Source: a virus (taxonomy: Duplodnaviria; Caudoviricetes). Taken from it: 64,000 nt of DNA. The position numbers were made by a program, and so were the translations under genes. Location of the stretch: positions 1-64,000 of the IMG/VR virus record IMGVR_UViG_3300013121_000004. One strand, written 5' to 3'. The notes beneath the pieces were generated by a model. That model ran no database searches. It saw nothing but the letters and a program-made list of their open reading frames with translations, and was not told the DNA's origin. Shown piece by piece: positions 61,359 through 64,000 of the stretch. Positions within the stretch are counted from its first letter, which is position 1, and every line of letters begins with the position of its first letter.

Positions 61359-61760
61359 TTATTTGTCTGGCTCCATTCTGTCCTTCCGATTTGTTGTATC
61401 TACGTCTCTTGCGTGCAGTACTTCCATAAGTGACACTGTACCGAAGGTACAGTAATCAGAATGCTTCCACTCGTACAAGAACTCCAATAAGTTGGAGAGG
61501 GAAGGGTCAGCGTCCAGTACGGAGTATAACCTTTGTAGTTCGCGTAGTGTGGCTCCGGTGCGTACGGCATCTTCGTACTCTTCTACGTTGTCGAATAACC
61601 AAAACTTGAAGTTTTGCGCGTATCCTACGTTAGTGGATAGGAATTCGATTAGCTCTTTGATACCGTTTACGGTGTCGTAGAATAGCACTACTGCTGAATC
61701 TTGTTCGAATACTAATGCGTACTCTGCTACGTCATTACCCACGATTAACCTCCGGCACAT
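61359..61760 (-). CDS. Hypothetical protein, paralogue of 30471..30800
   Basis: Shared ELQ...P(S/T)..N.L.F..EW pattern. Confidence 0.55.
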   Translation of the reverse strand: MCRRLIVGNDVAEYALVFEQDSAVVLFYDTVNGIKELIEFLSTNVGYAQNFKFWLFDNVEEYEDAVRTGATLRELQRLYSVLDADPSLSNLLEFLYEWKHSDYCTFGTVSLMEVLHARDVDTTNRKDRMEPDK

Positions 61761-61867
61761 TTAGTAAGAATACCCGCCTGTAGGCTTTATTGATTTGCAC
61801 TCTTTGGCCTCCAGATGAGAAACATATCAGCTTCTCCACTATAATACTCTCAACTATACAGCTCCTT

Positions 61868-62329
61868 TTATCTCTTCCAAAAAATTTCGTATTTGTTCTT
61901 CTCCTTCACTGTGTCTGCTGATAGCCCTGTTATGATTATTCTGTTTGGTAGGTATTGGTTTCGTGTTTGTACAAGGTTTGTCCAATCTTCGTTAGTTATC
62001 TTCTGATCATCGCAAGCGATGATTATCGGGTACATTATTGACTCGCACTCTCTTGAATGGCCTAGCCCTATGCAATGCCCGAACTCGTGTATGGCTATCA
62101 CTACTAGGAAGTCTATGTCTAGATTCTCTAGTCCTTTCTCTTGATACTCACGTTCGTAGTATTCTAGTCCATCTGTAAATCGCACATAGCACGTCTGGAG
62201 CGGCGCAGGAGCAGCATACGCCAGTACACTTGGGCTTTCGGTGTCTGTATACCCGATGTCGAAGTTTACACCACTGTAGCCCCATACAGCGGCTGCGATG
62301 TACATAACGATGCTAAGTAATGCTGTCAT
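61868..62329 (-). CDS. Secreted matrixin-family (M10-like) metalloprotease
   Basis: SD AGGAGG and ATG 62329; signal peptide; HEFGHCIGLGHS, SIMYP Met-turn. Confidence 0.85.
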   Translation of the reverse strand: MTALLSIVMYIAAAVWGYSGVNFDIGYTDTESPSVLAYAAPAPLQTCYVRFTDGLEYYEREYQEKGLENLDIDFLVVIAIHEFGHCIGLGHSRECESIMYPIIIACDDQKITNEDWTNLVQTRNQYLPNRIIITGLSADTVKEKNKYEIFWKR

Positions 62330-62349
62330 ACTTTTCCTCCTATTGTAGT

Positions 62350-62413
62350 AGGGTAACACACGTTTGACGCGTTGTAAAGCGCATTTGACGCGGTGATTCG
62401 TCTATGCTACCCT
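62350..62413. promoter_or_regulatory. Back-to-back divergent promoters: TTTACA-17-TACCCT (minus, 62350-62378) and TTGACG-17-TACCCT (plus, 62385-62413)
   Basis: Both have exact 17-nt spacers and extended TG. Confidence 0.75.
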
Positions 62414-62440
62414 TAGTATATAACGCGAGAGTAGGAGAGT

Positions 62441-63850
62441 TTGATGGTTAAAGTATTTCACCTGTCAGTAGTCGATGAACAGTGGAACGCAGATATTGAG
62501 TTAGGAATTTTCTCCTCACTCAAGCAAGCAAAAGCGATTGCACGAAACATCTTTCCACCGCAGCCAGAATGGTACTTTAAGGACGAAATTGCAACATATA
62601 TTGCAGAAGTAAGCGGGAATACCGGGGTACCGTACACACTTTCTATCTCTGTCTGGGAGATGGACGACGAGTCAGCAGTGAAAGAATACAAAGAAAATTG
62701 GCTAGGGAAAGGAGGTACGGATGACTAAATTCAAGTGCTTCTTCTTCGGACATGAAGATATATTCAAGTTGTTCTGGAAAGGTAAGCTAAACCTGCATAG
62801 TGAATGCAAGCACTGTGGGGATTTCTTCAAAGAATACCAAATCCCTGCGTCTGCTCCTAAATATCTAATGGAACAGATGATTGAGAGGCAAAGAAATAAC
62901 AACTTCATGCCTCCCAACTACAGCCACAAATGGGGAGGGCCATTATGGGAACTACGCCCCTTAGCTACAAAACACATACGACGATAGAAGAAACTGGTAG
63001 CTCATTCAGACGGATTTGCTCTATCTGTAAAAGTTGGGTTATAGACCATACTTTTATCAGGAAAACAGATCACACAGACGAATGTGAATTTCAGAAAGTA
63101 GCGATAGACGACACGGAGGAAACAATGCAAATCAGTTATAGTAATGATCAAGACCGCATGGATCGATTCGACCAAAAACTAGATGTTATTATGAATCGAC
63201 TTCTGGAAGTCGTGGAAGAGATAAATAGCGTCCACGATATTGCTTCAGCAGCGTATGACGCAGTAGAATCACTAGCTGCTGAGATGGAACAGTTTCGCGA
63301 TGGACTAGGCGAGAACGTACTTGAAGTCGAAACTGATTAGATGGCTTTTTCAAAAACCAAAAGACGAAGAGCGCCCTCCTCAGTGTACATGTATAGTGTT
63401 CCATAATAACTGGGAGGGCCAAGTAATCGTATTCTCTACCGATTGCCCGTGGCACGGTGAGTATGCAGAATATAATGTCGGGCACAGGCTAAAAGACCCG
63501 TGGAAAGAATAATTTCAAACAGCGTAGTACGAGAAAAAGGAGAGCATATGGAGAACAACGCTAAACCACCAACGCAGGTAGTCGGTGTAGAATCCGTGGA
63601 AAGCGGATTCGTGGCAGGAGGATGGAATGACAAGGAAGAAAAGCCGGTTGAACAGCCAACCAACAAAGGCAGTATTCCTCGTATTCGCTGCCCTTTCTGT
63701 CATAAAGATTTCCGGTCTATTTTATCGGCTTCGCATCAGAAGGCTTGTAGAAGCAAATTTATGGTCAAGTGCGAACAATGTGGAGAACGTGTACTCTACG
63801 TTAGTATTGCCAACGGTACACATGGAAACAGGTGCCTTAAGAATGACTAG
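62441..63850 (+). CDS. Rightward operon of small hypothetical genes (62441-62728, 62721-62987, ~63125-63340, 63321-63512, ~63548-63850)
   Basis: Coupled ORFs with SD sequences; several Zn-binding CxxC motifs. Confidence 0.55.
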
Positions 63851-64000
63851 GATTATAGCTGCAAAGGGAGCAGAGTTACGCTGGGACTCTGATTGGCCTG
63901 ATTACTCTGAGGTCGGTAATTGGTGGCCTGTTATCGAGAAGAGCGGAAAAGTAACAGGTTTAGCTATCATCTGCCCTCAATCGAAATATAGTTTTGGTGT

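Noticed and set aside
1-64000. Stop-codon reassignment, given the abundance of TAG/CTAG
   Set aside because: Conserved genes are full length in the standard code, several end in TAG, and no suppressor tRNA is present

Overview
A 64-kb segment of a large tailed dsDNA bacteriophage genome. It is gene-dense, mostly minus-strand and reads in the standard genetic code. From left to right it holds: (i) 1-3.8 kb, tail/virion genes. (ii) 4.6-19.3 kb, a replication/recombination operon: ThyX, half-length Rad50/SbcC, RecA, SSB, UvsY-like protein, class II RNR with a Gln-ending LAGLIDADG intein, a family A DNA polymerase split into a UDG-like+3'-5' exonuclease gene and a polymerase gene, a nucleoside deoxyribosyltransferase-like protein, primase and DnaB helicase. 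An iteron-like origin candidate follows at ~19.4 kb. (iii) 19.6-28.8 kb: secreted glycosidase, cupin, zincin, MazG, SF2 helicase, terminase, holin, FtsK. (iv) 29-55 kb, a long accessory region with two COOH-NH2 amidoligases plus a class II glutamine amidotransferase, a dispersed tRNA/RNA repair set (kinase, HAD phosphatase, RNA ligase, RlaP-like nucleotidyltransferase, CCA enzyme, HD protein) and tRNA-Arg(TCT) and tRNA-Ile2(CAT). (v) 55-60.6 kb, a GC-rich block of probable early genes, headed by a ~550-nt non-coding, highly self-complementary leader with six copies of a 12-nt motif. This leader is my best candidate for an undescribed element. Window-wide signals are a recurring TTGACA-N17-TACCCT promoter and strong avoidance of CCWGG and GGWCC. 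All calls come from motif recognition by eye; no searches were run.
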